Source: Octopus vulgaris (Eukaryota). From it: a stretch of DNA of 64,000 nucleotides. The position numbers and the translations under genes are program-made. Where the stretch lies: assembly GCA_951406725.2 (NCBI GenBank), contig OX597819.1:115568001-115632000 (forward strand), read 5' to 3'. Positions 42,286 to 54,657 of the stretch are shown in pieces. The first letter of the stretch is position 1, and every line of letters begins with the position of its first letter. The notes under the pieces were generated by a model, which was given only the letters and a program-made list of their open reading frames with translations, made no database searches and was not told the origin of the DNA.

Positions 42286-44678
42286 GAACATATGTATGTA
42301 TTTATGTACGTATGTATGTAAGTATGTATGTATTTATGTATGTATGTATGTAAGTATGTATGCATCTATGTATGTATGTATGTATGTGTGCGCGTGTGTG
42401 TATGTGCGTGTACTTACATGGATGGATGCGTGTGCACGTGTGTGTGTGTGTGAATGCCTAAATCTATGCGTGGGAATCCTTACAACAAACGCATGTCTTA
42501 ATATATCCTGCAGTCAGAATGTCTGACCGGCTGTACCTAGCAGTGGTTTGAAATGAATAGCGAATGCTAAAACAGATGAACGGCTTTTAACGACAACTGT
42601 TGTCATAGGCTAATTACATATGACGTTAGGTGCCATTCATCTTATCTCGTTCATCAGGAGAGTTCTACTTAAAGTTCATGAGAAAAAAATTTGGACATAC
42701 GACGGATATCTGTTTAATTAATCGGCTGTACAAACACAACAGATTGCGGAAATATATTCACTGCATCCCATTTTCGAAATTTATTTCGGGAAAATAATCG
42801 AGAAGCATAAAAGGAAATAGAAAATGACGAGCGATTTTGTTTTGTTAAACCCAAGACCAATAGTGAAATTGGGCAAGCCTATGATCAAAATGCATTCCAG
42901 TTTTGACCATCACGTCTTGGATAAGAGGTGATGAAGGAGTGAAATCAATTGATGCATACAGGCTAAAAGTATGACTAAAACTTGCATTTAATAATGGTTT
43001 AATAATTGCACAAGGCCAGGGGTTAAATCGATTACGTCGACCCCAGTGATCGACTGGTACTTATTCTATCGAACCCGTATGGATGAAAGGCAAAGTCGAC
43101 CTCGGCAGAATTTGAACTCAGAACGCTAGGCCAGATGAAATGCCACTAAACATTTTGCCCGGCGTGTAAACGATTCTGCCAGCACGCCGTCTTAATATCT
43201 GTATTCAATAATCTTTTCTACTATCGGCACAAGGCCCGAAATTTTTTTGGGGGAAGGAGGCCAGTTGATTAGATCGACCCCAGTACGCAACCGGTACTTA
43301 ATAGATCGACTCCGAAAAGATGAAAGGCAAAGTCGACCTCGGCGGAATTTGAACTCAGAAAGTAAGGCCGGATGAAATGCCGCTAAGCATTTCGCCCTGC
43401 ATGCTAACGATTCTGCCAGCTCGCCGCTTTAAATCTCTATTTAATAATAACCGATGTAGCATTTGGTTGGTCTTGTTAGTTGACTTCTTCATTCACGCTT
43501 TATGTTGTAAAGAAGAAGGCAGAGCAGAAGAAAATAGAGAACCCGAGAGATTCGTTAACCTAAGAGGAGCTGGATTAGTGCTCATACAAAGCTTGGTAGC
43601 ATGTAATGTGTACAGTGTGAGAGACAGAAATTTCGTACCTTGTGCCTAAAGTAGAAAAGAATATTTGTGTCAAGTGCTAGGTAATTATATAAAAATCGAA
43701 AGTTCTCTATATACATCTTTTCATCATACATCCGCACATCCCGATTAATGGATCAGTTTATTGTGCTTGTTGAAGCAATGTCTTTCTTTTTATGTTATAC
43801 TCTTGTTCTCATATGCGTTAGGAAAAAATTCAAGTAATTGCCTGAAGTTTTTTTTCATGTTGCAATTACTGTAGTATCATCTGCAGAGCGTGAGTTCAAT
43901 TACCGATGCAGTCGTTGATGTTTTCGGTGCATAACCTGCTAGTTACTCTTACTCTTTTACTCTTTTACTTGTTTCAGTCATTTGACTGTGGCCATGCTGG
44001 AGCACCGCCTTTAGTCGAGCAAATCGACCCCAGGACTTATTCTTTGTAAGCCTCGTACTTATTCTATCGGTCTCTTTTGCCGAACCGCTAAGTTACGGAG
44101 ATGTAAACACACCAGCATCCACTCACAAGGCTTTGGTCGGCCCGAGGCTATAATAGAAGACACTTGCCCAAGGTGCCACGCAGTGGGACTGAACCCGGAA
44201 CTATGTCGTTGGTAAGCAAGCTACTTACCACACAGCCACTCCAAGTTTGCTATCAGTATGGTTGATATTTTGGACGTATGGTGTAAGTTTGTTCATAACG
44301 ACGTCGATTACAGTTGACGAGAAATGGAAAAGAGAATTAAGGCAGCTACATATTCCTACCTTACTTCAAACTATTCTGTGGCAGAAGTTTGGAAGCTCAC
44401 GGAAATCTGTCACATTGCGTTAGATTTTTGTGGTAGCCAGTTTTGGATAGCACTTTCTTCATTGCTTCACAGCACAATTTGCGGATTCAAATGTCTTGGT
44501 ATGGTCAAAGAAAACCATGCACATAGGTATATATAATGTTTACACTCCGAAACAAAATACAAACTGGTTTACTTCAATAGTTTCGTTACACACAGAAAGA
44601 AATAAAAGACAAGACAGCGTATCACAAATAAAACTGAAAACTAAGCAAATTCTGCACTACATTACTTCATTTCTGATG

Positions 44679-44714
<36 letters not shown>

Positions 44715-45116
44715 ATACATACGTACGTACATGTGTGTATCCTTGTGTGTGTGTATGAACGGATGGATGCATGTATATGTATATGTGTGCATATGTGCGT
44801 TGTTAGCTCAACACGAAAAATTGGAACGACCCCGCCTCCCCAAGCATAACAGAGTTAAGAATAGAAACAAGATATAGAACGATGTGAAAATGTGAACGTC
44901 AAAGGCGGATTAAAAGTGTTGGGTGACTAAGCTCAATAGAATAATCAATAAAAACTGTGAACAAGAACAGATGGTTCAAAAATATATATCAACTCATTTC
45001 TGAATGAAAACAAGGAAGGATTCATAATGGCAGCTCAGAAGATAGAGTTCTATATTTAGGAATTATGTACATTATTTACATTTGACGGATATTTGTCCTC
45101 ATCTTGTTTGTTGTTA

Positions 45117-45160
45117 ATACAACGTTTCGACTGATATACCCCCCAGCCTTCATCAGGTAT
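45117..45160 (-). ncRNA. Minimal type I hammerhead ribozyme motif
   Basis: ATAC-CTGATGA-A-GGCTG..CAGTC-GAAA-CGTT-GTAT; stem I carries a paired change relative to the other copies. Confidence 0.7.
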
Positions 45161-45213
45161 ATGAGGGAAATTTCGAACTTGGGTTCTCATTCCTAAGGTA
45201 TTTTTCGATGTTG

Positions 45214-45291
<78 letters not shown>

Positions 45292-45421
45292 TCACTGCTT
45301 GGAATCAAACTCGGAACCTTGGGGTTAGTAGCTCTTAACCACTACGCCATATGCCCGTAGCATAATGGTTAAGAGCGCGGGCTACTAACCCCTAGATTCT
45401 GAGTTCGATTCCAGGCAGTGA

Positions 45422-45475
<54 letters not shown>

Positions 45476-45593
45476 GTAATAGTAATAATAATAATAATAA
45501 CAACATCGAAAAATACCTTACAAAACTCAGAATAAACAATCACAGCACATACCAGGACACAGAGCTGCGCCGTAATATAAAAAAAAACTACTG

Positions 45594-45662
<69 letters not shown>

Positions 45663-45696
45663 CCGAATGAGGACCCAAGTTCGATATTTCCCTAAT

Positions 45697-45738
45697 ACAC
45701 CTGATGAAGGCTGGGGTATATCAGCCGAAACGTTGTGT
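45697..45738 (+). ncRNA. Minimal type I hammerhead ribozyme motif
   Basis: ACAC-CTGATGA-A-GGCTG(loop)CAGCC-GAAA-CGTT-GTGT: stem I ACAC/GTGT, 5-bp stem II, intact core, loopless self-complementary stem III. Confidence 0.7.
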
Positions 45739-46241
45739 TAACAACAAAAAAAAAAATGAGGACAAATAACCGTCAAATGTAAATAAAGCTCAGAAGATTT
45801 GTGTCAGAACAAGATATTGTTAGTTGGTAACTTATTTGTTTCTGATTTGGGCCCTAGACAATAGCAGTGAGTTGGTGGAAAAGCTAACACACCGGGGAAA
45901 TTGCTTGGCAGCATTTTCTTCTCTTTACGTTCTGCGTTCAAATTCTGCCGAGGTCCGCTTTGTTTGCATTCTTTCGGAGTCGATAAAATAGGTACCAGTT
46001 AAAACTTGCTGGCCTTGCGCTAAAATTAGAAATTTACAGATACAAGATTTGCAGTTTTGAGGAAACGAGGTTAGTCAATACCATCGATCACAGTCCTTGA
46101 ATGGAACATTATTTTATCGATCCTGAAAGCATGAAAGGCAAACTTGAACGAGGTAGGATTCGAATTCAGTCGGGAGAAATATTGCTAACCATTGTGCCCA
46201 ACGCGTTTACCATTCTTCCAACTCATTGCTTTATTAATACA

Positions 46242-46762
46242 CTAGCAGCATAACCCGGCATTGCCCGGGTATGTAAGAGCCCCTGGAGCAGACATAATGC
46301 TCGCTGTGAATTTTAAAAAAATTCCTGCCAATTTGAGAAAGATATTGTCGAAAATATGTCATCTTGAATTTGAACGCGATTTCCCAAAATGGCATGATTT
46401 TATCGATTTTTTCTGATGGTAAGGTATTGCATGGAAAACTAACGTCAGAATTAAGTTTCTTAGGGTAACATTAAGCTTCACCATGAGTTTGGTGAAAATC
46501 GATTGCAAGTTGCGAAAACTACAACAGAAAATGTGTTGCAAATAAAAAGCTTAGATTCTCGAGCCCATGTCGAATTTATCGATTTCTTTCAGAACTGGGG
46601 GAATTTTTCAAAATTTTCGCTGCGTTAGTTTTGAATTATGACATTGGGCTATGTGTGTGTCAAATTTCATCAGAATCGGTTGAAAGCCGTGGTCAGGGTG
46701 AAGGTACAACCTGACAGACACACAGACACACAGACAGACAAACTGCCGTTTATATATAGAGA
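46242..46762 (-). mobile_element. Non-autonomous Helitron-like element, second family
   Basis: Minus strand: TCTCTATATATAAA start, CCCGGGCAATGCCGGG hairpin, CTAG|T end. Confidence 0.78.
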
Positions 46763-46879
46763 TCTATTAAAAACAAAGTGAAGTATAAATGTTATTTGTT
46801 GATTTATCACAAAATATAACTGTGACAAAAAATTGTAGGTGGAAAAAAATTGACTCTTCTGTTTTGTCTTTCCAGCGCC

Positions 46880-47275
46880 ATGTCGATATTAATAGGAATG
46901 GAGAGGAAGGAGAAGAAACGGAGTCTCAGCATTGGCGCTCTCACCACTCTTGTGGAGACACGTCTTCAGGATGGCCTCACAGATGATGAACAAGACTTTC
47001 ACTCAGCTGCGGAAATCGGTGATCTGGAAACGGTCAGACGTCTTGTGGAATCAGGTAAAGTGTCCAGTATCTGCACCGATTCTATGGGCCGCACCTGTTT
47101 GCATGTAGCCACGATTGCCAATGATCCGGAAATGGTTCGCTACTTGCTCGATCTCTATCCAGAGGACTTCACACATTCTGCATTTCTCTGTGCAGTAGAA
47201 AACGATAGAGAGAAACTATGTGACATATTTCTAACACTTCCAATGTATACACTTGACGAAGCAGAACCGAAAATT
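46880..47275 (+). CDS. TRPC-like channel, coding exon 1 (start codon, ankyrin repeats)
   Basis: TTTCCAG acceptor ends 46875, GCCATG start at 46880; [16 protein letters not shown] and [11 protein letters not shown] ankyrin motifs; GTAAG donor at 47276, phase 0. Confidence 0.88.
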
Positions 47276-47302
47276 GTAAGTAGGTTAAACTCTCAATCAT
47301 TC

Positions 47303-47339
<37 letters not shown>

Positions 47340-47351
47340 ATCAGTCAGTCC

Positions 47352-47444
<93 letters not shown>

Positions 47445-47461
47445 CCTACCTACCTATCTCT

Positions 47462-47551
<90 letters not shown>

Positions 47552-47627
47552 CCTATCTCTTCTCTCTCTCTCTTTTTTTTTCTCTCTCTCTCTATCTATC
47601 TACCTATCTACCTACCTACCTATCTCT

Positions 47628-47694
<67 letters not shown>

Positions 47695-47899
47695 CTATCT
47701 ATTTATCAGTCTATTATTTGTATTAAAACTAAGTTGAAATATTCTTTGCATCATAACTATTTGGAATAATGCTAAACTTTACCTATAAGTTGTAAGTATT
47801 TATAGCTAGTTCGGTTGATATGAGAATTAACTGCCCATGGGGGTTGATTGGTGACGGTGACCCTGGTGCAGGCAGCGCAGGGGAGTAGATGATACTAAG

Positions 47900-48135
47900 G
47901 TGGTATATCCGGGTTGTCGACGGCCAGTGACTCGAAATCTACCAGTGGGGCATAGCTCTGGTGACAGCGATAAGATAGATCGTACTTCGCGTTGATGGAT
48001 ACTGCGGGTTGGTAGAGGATGTGCAGGTTTTCGCAGAGGCAGGGCCGACAGTTAAGGGCGCCAAGTGAATATGGTGGCGCCCTGTCGACAATAGTCCACT
48101 TGATGGTGGGTGTTTCGTGTCGGAGGTCACGGAGT
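47900..48135 (-). mobile_element. Penelope-like C-terminal fragment
   Basis: IKWTIVDRAPPYSLGALNCRPCLCENLHIL...INAKYDLSYRCH. Confidence 0.65.
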
Positions 48136-48295
48136 CTTCCTCTCTCTCTCTTGCTCTCTCTCTCTCTTGCTCTCTCTCTCTTGCTCTCTCTCTCTCTCTC
48201 TCTTGCTCTCTCTCTATATATACATATGTATGTATGTGTGTGTGTATATATATATATATATACATACATGTATGATATATATATATATTATATAC

Positions 48296-48329
<34 letters not shown>

Positions 48330-48527
48330 TATAAAGGAATATGATTCCAAACTTACAGGGAATTACTAACTATATATTATTTATTTATTATTTAGTACTT
48401 TACTTAGTTCTAAGTAAATGTTTTATCGTATCTTTAATATTTTTCTACATGGTATGATTTAAGTATATCATTGTTGAATTGCTTCTCTAATTTATATACA
48501 TGTATTATACATACATACATACATACA

Positions 48528-48613
<86 letters not shown>

Positions 48614-48781
48614 GTATGTGTGTGTATTTGTTTAAAATCTAAGAGTCATGAAAAGCTCATGTATTGATTAATAAAGTGGATATATTATTGGCAATTCCTT
48701 TCAGGTTTTACTGATGACTGTTGTGGGGGGTTCTCAACTCTTGGTGTGAATCCGATTGATTGTTATGGAAACGTAGTAACG

Positions 48782-48868
<87 letters not shown>

Positions 48869-49006
48869 CACCACCATGACGCGTACTTATGATTGTGATG
48901 CATGTGCCTGGTGTACCCTTATCAGACGGGTAGTCATGATGGGTATACTGGGCTTCGTATATTTTACCCCAGTGTCACTTTGATGGCATGCACTGCTCTC
49001 TCACTC

Positions 49007-49059
<53 letters not shown>

Positions 49060-49909
49060 TAAAAATAATAATAGTAATAATAATAACAACAACAATGATA
49101 ATTATTATTTATAACACACACACTCATGTAAAATATAAAGTCAGAATCCGTAAGATGTGAATACATTACCATATGATTTACATATATACAAACATACATA
49201 CATATATACACGCATAATACATACATACATACATACATACATACATACATACATACACACATGCACACACATGTATATACATTATTATATAAGCTGTAGA
49301 TAAGTTTACATGCGTATGCAGCACATGCAGGCTAAACAGATGTTTACTTAAAATACGAATATACACTCACACTTATATATAGCCTGTCTCAGTACATTGA
49401 TTAATACAAGTAATACGAATAAATAAAATAAATGTAAACATGTTTAAAGGTCTATGTTTATGTGTGAGAAAACATAAAGGTGTCGATGTGATTTGGTGTA
49501 GTTTATCTCTTGGTCAGATCTAAAATCGAAGGCATTTTTGCCGTGATCTTCATAACATTTCTTTAGTCAGTGTATCGATTACTTTGAGCAATTTGTTCTT
49601 TAGAACGTGATTGGAAGCTATTTGTGGGGCGACATGCAGAGTGGTTTTTATGTGTTGAATGGTGATACATATAAAGTGACTATTAAAATTAATTTTCGAG
49701 TCATAAGGTTACAAGTGAACGGTTCACACGTCCAACTTTTTTTTATCGTATTAAATGAATGAGGGAAATCTTGGACAGAAAGCTGCTCTAGTGTACGTAA
49801 CTTCATCCAAATGATGAATATCATTCAACTCTGAAAACCAATATGCTATACGTCAATAGAACGTTGTTAACTTTAGATATCATTCGTATGATCAAACCAT
49901 ACGTTTTTT

Positions 49910-50040
49910 GGCTCTTTACCTTTTGACCGACAGATTTAAAAAATAATTTTTTGTAACTAAACACTTTCAAACTTCAGACACTGGTAGAATGTGTCATATA
50001 AAATTATTTTTTAAATCTGTAGGTCAAAAGGTAAAGATCC
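49910..50040. mobile_element. 131-bp related MITE with GG(A/C)TCTTTACCTTTTGACC TIRs
   Basis: Long TIRs; TSD CGTTTTTT / CGTTTATT; shares the AAACTTC..ACTGGTAGAATGTGT core with the larger family. Confidence 0.78.
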
Positions 50041-51053
50041 CGTTTATTCAGACAAACAAACCTGACGTGATAGTAGAAATGAATTTTTATAATTCTGTCT
50101 GAACTGCAATTCATTCTGGGCAGGAAAAAATCTCTTAAGAAAATCGATAAATCAAATGGATTTCAAAACTTCATACTATTTCATGTGCAAAGAAACTTCC
50201 TGGAACTTGATCGAGGAGTATATAAGTCGTGCTATCTTCTTTGAAACTCAACTTAGTTACGTAGACATTGAGATGATATAAATTTAAAAGAATGCAGCGA
50301 GCTGGCAGAAACGTTAGCACGCCGGACGAAATGCGTAGCCGTATTTCGTCTGCCGTTACGTTCTGAGTTCAAATTCCGCCGAGGTCGACTTCGCCTTTCA
50401 TCCTTTTGGGGTCGATAAATTAAGTACCAGTCATGCACTGGGGTCGATGTAATCGACTTAATCCCTTTGTCTGTCCTTGTTTGTCCACTCTATGTTTAGC
50501 CCCTTGTGGGTAGTAAAGAAATAGATATAAATTTAAAAGCAAGTGAAATGTATAGAGGTGTGTTATACCAGCATATGGTATCTACTTACCCCTTAGTGGA
50601 ACTGATTCGCGTGAGTGAGTGATAGCCATGTGATGGACACAAGGGGTAATAAGTTCTCAGATCTTTGCCCTAGGAGCTTATCGACTTGCTCTTATACATT
50701 TGATATGCGAAACACGTAAGAGACGCTAGAATCCAGACATACTAGAAATAGTTGCTAAATCTTCCTCGAACTTCAACCGTACTTCTGTTATATGGTTCTG
50801 CAGGATGACTTATCTAACTCATTTATAGTATTGTTAAAGGCAGTGAGCTGACATATTCATTAGCATGACAGAGAAAGTACTTAGCGCCATCTCACCCGTC
50901 TTTAAGTTCTGAGTTCAAATTCCACCAAGGTCGACTTTGCCTTTCGTCCTTTCTGAATCGATAAAATAAGTATCAGTTAAACACCGAGGTCGATGAAATT
51001 GACTTATCTCCTTCTCTCATAATTTCAGGTATTGTGCCTATAGTAGAAAGGAT

Positions 51054-51482
51054 TGATCTTTTCGGTTTGAACGGCAATTTTTTAAAATAATTTCCACGTA
51101 ACTAAACACTTTTAAACTTCGTATACTGGTAGAAAGTGTTTATAAAACATCTTTTTCTCTTGGCTTTATTGAGAAAATTCTATAGTATGTAAGATATTTG
51201 TATTTTTCTTCAATTTCTGCAATTTCAACCAATCAATGACGTCTACAGAGGTGAAAACATTCTGTGCCGTATGAATATATCCCTTGTTTAAGAAACAGAT
51301 TGGGTTTATTTACATTTCTGAAGAATAAAAGATACCCTTTCCCACACCCCTAACCCTAACCCTAACTAACCCTAACCCGAAAACAGATTGAAATGCAATA
51401 GATCGATACCAGGGTGATAATTATGGGTGACAATTTCATATGACACCGCTAGAAAAAACTGCCATTCAAACCGAAAAGATCC
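51054..51482 (+). mobile_element. MITE with GGATCTTTTCGGTTTGAA TIRs (Merlin-like)
   Basis: 8-bp TSD GAAAGGAT on both sides; internal (CCCTAA)-like repeats. Confidence 0.85.
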
Positions 51483-51521
51483 GAAAGGATTTATAATGTT
51501 GTTGTATTTGTTTCTTTTTAG

Positions 51522-51866
51522 CCGGAGAAAACCACAGAATCAAGCAACGAGAAATCAGAAACGGTGCGAAGGTTACTTCGTGAAGCTCTGATAATTGCAG
51601 CCACACAAAACAATTTCTTGATCGTCAAAAAGCTGATGCTGCGTGGCATCTTGTTGGACATGCCACACGAATACTTCTGCATGTGTAAAACATGCAGTGT
51701 GGCCAGGTCTGAAGATTTTATGAGATTTACAAACGGTAGACTCGATGCTTTTCGCGCCATTGCTAGTCCAGCTTATCTTGTTTTAACGGAGCGGGATCCT
51801 ATTGTGGCGGCATTTCACCTCAGCGAAAGATTCCGGAAAATGGCAGAGATTGAAACAGAATACAAG
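51522..51866 (+). CDS. TRPC-like channel, coding exon 2 (ankyrin end and TRP_2 zinc-binding motif)
   Basis: AG/GT bounded, 345 nt, phase 0/0; PHEYFCMCKTC (TRPC H-x3-C-x-C-x2-C), RLDAFRAIASPAYL, DPIVAAFHLS, EIETEYK. Confidence 0.93.
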
Positions 51867-53113
51867 GTAGAGTGCAGTCGCGAATTGTTTTAATCAAGCA
51901 CACACACAAACACCCACGCAAGCACACACATACACAACCACATTAACACACAGATACACACACTCATGCGCACACATACACAGACACACGTACATTTCAT
52001 ATGTTAAAGATTGAGAGAGGATACAAGGCAGAGGTGCACTTACATTTCTATACATACACAGACAGACACACGGTTATACACACAGAAGCGCATACACACA
52101 CATCCGTACACACACATCCGTACACACACGCCCGTACACCTCCTGCGCGCGCACACACACATTTCAAATTCTACTTACCGCTCGCCAACTTACAGGATGT
52201 TTCATTTGTAGGATAACATAGCTGAATAGAGAATAAACAGGATATAGAATATAGCTAAGAGAAGCGTTTGAGTTCGGTGTGGAGTGGCATGTGTGGATAC
52301 ATGCGTGTGTGAATATGTGAGAGTCAGTATTAAGTGACATAGGGATAGGAACGAAAATACGAAGGGGAAATGCTACAATGAATTCCTGGGAAGAATATTG
52401 CAGTCACTCCATTGGACTCTTGCTAACATTCCTACTTTATATATATATATATTTATAGATAAGTATAATATCGATATTTAAATATCGATCTTATCAAGTG
52501 GCCAGCATGGGAATGAATACCATACAAAGGTAATAATTATTTAAAACTATAAACAAGGGTATCCGAAAGATAACACCATGCCGAAATAGCAGTCAGAACC
52601 CTGATCCTAAAAACCACCTTAAAAGTTCATATCGCGCCATGAGATAAGACAGAGAGACAAAATAAACTAGCAAAAAAGATTTTACTGGATAATTCAAGAT
52701 CCTGGATTTCTGACTTTGCTTCAAATAAGCTCTACCTTCGTCAGTTGAATATACCAGATGGGCACATGAATACAAATATATATATATACAGAACATACGT
52801 TAAGCGTCGAATGTGGTTGGTATTTTGCAGAGAAGAAAGTAAATTCGAACGCAGTAAAGCTGTAAGCAGAGAACGGTTGGGTATTTACCATTATAAGACG
52901 GACAAAAGTTGCTAGCTGGCGGCTACGAGAGTCAAATCTGTACCCCTCAAATACCGGCAGAATGCTCTAACCATCGGTGTCCGAGGCGTACAGCTTCGAC
53001 GCCTGTAGCCACCTGCTGATTACTTTTTTCCGACTTATAAGGAGTAAATACCTAATCTTTCTCTGCTGATCTTACTAAGCTTTACTGCGTTCCAAATTTA
53101 ATTCCTTGTCTGC

Positions 53114-53195
<82 letters not shown>

Positions 53196-53242
53196 GCATA
53201 CATATGTATATATCTGTCTAATCTATCTATTTTATTTCTCAG

Positions 53243-53410
53243 CAAGTCTACTACGAATTGGATTCCCAAGTACAAGGATTTACTTTAGATTTATTAGCCG
53301 AGTGCCAAAGTTCGGAAGAGGTGCGCATACTTCTTGGAGTTGATCCCGGCGTGGAGAGACCCGACACGTTGCCTTTGATTAACATGGGCCTCGTCTATCA
53401 ACAAAAAAAG
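53243..53410 (+). CDS. TRPC-like channel, coding exon 3 (linker helices)
   Basis: TTTCTCAG / GTAAGT, 168 nt; QVYYELDSQVQGFTLDLLAECQSSEEVRILL...YQQKK resembles TRPC Y.EL..QC..FA.DLL...RSS.E...IL...YEQKK. Not in the ORF track. Confidence 0.9.
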
Positions 53411-54489
53411 GTAAGTGTTCATTAGAGCCATTAGACTAAATATCAGTAAGGCTAAATATATATATATATAGGAAGTTCGTGGAGGTGCAATGGCCCAGTG
53501 GTTAGGACAGGGGACTCGCGGTCGGAGGATCGCGTTTCGATTCCCAAACCGGGCGTTGTGTGTGTTTATTGAGCGAAAACACCTTAAAACTCCACGAGGC
53601 TCCGACAGAGGGTGGTGGTGACCCCTGTTGTACTCTTTCGCCACAACTTTCTCTCAATCTCTCTTCCTGTTTATTGAGTAACGCGTCCCGTCCTGCTGGG
53701 TAGAGCACATACGCCACAGAAACCGGGAAATCGGACCCATGAGCCTGGCTAGGCTTGAAAAGGGCAACGTTTATCGTTTTTTTTATTTAGGAAGTTCAGT
53801 TCGCAATCATTAGGCTCCATGTTCGATCTCTTGCTTCAAATCTTGTTCAAATGTCTTTTTGTTTTTTTTACCGTAGTATTGAGACAATTTAATCATTGAT
53901 AGTGAAGTCGAATGGACGGAAACTGTGTGGAAGTCTGTAGTTCAAGGAGTCAACTTTGTTGCACGGTTTCTCGAGGATTATGTTAACGTTACAAGTGTAC
54001 GTGGAATACTTATCCATTAGGATATATTTTAATGAGAGTGTGTAACTTAGTTGATGGAAGTATCGGAATAGTCATCGTTGAAACCGACGAAGGACTCATT
54101 TTGATAATTTTTCTGTCTATTGACCAACTTGCTCTTGTATTCATTTCTTGCTTGCTTCATTATCGATATCTGACATGTTCGAATACATTTCAGGTTTTAA
54201 TTGAAACAACCTCATTATATTTCATAGATTAACATCCCGTGACTTATAACAAATTTCCAAATCTTTTCACATCTCGCAATAACTGTTCAACTTTTTCGTT
54301 TCTCCCGACTGTCCAATTTCACTCTTCTCTTAAAACAACGGTCGAAGTTTTTCCATATTTCACAACAACGTCCAGTTTCTTTCATATCTTCAAAATGTCC
54401 ATATTTTTCTCACAGCCGTTCATATATTCATATATCTCACAGTTGTCAATTCTATTTATATTTTACAACTCTCCAATTTTTTCCAACAG

Positions 54490-54657
54490 TTCCTTGCTCA
54501 TCACAAGTGCCAGAGTCAAGTCGCTCAATTATGGTATTCTGGAGTTCCAATCCTTAGATACCTCAATAACTTTAAGTACTTAGTAATGAGCATTCCAGTC
54601 GGTATGATTCTAATACCCGTCTTGTCTATGGTCTACATAATCACTGGATATGGAAAG
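54490..54657 (+). CDS. TRPC-like channel, coding exon 4 (pre-S1 elbow)
   Basis: TTTTCCAACAG / GTAAGT, 168 nt; FLAHHKCQSQVAQLWYSG matches TRPC FVAHPNCQQ.L...WY.G. Not in the ORF track. Confidence 0.9.

Larger units (their letters stand above)
45046..45786. mobile_element. Foldback tRNA-head/(AAT)n/hammerhead element, copy 3 (most complete)
   Basis: Tail (-) 45046-45210, (ATT)n, heads 45288-45356 (-) and 45357-45425 (+), (AAT)n, tail (+) to 45786. Confidence 0.8.

Noticed and set aside
47276-47737. C-terminal extension of the 295-aa ORF at 46850
   Set aside because: Read-through into intron 1 microsatellites past the GTAAG donor.
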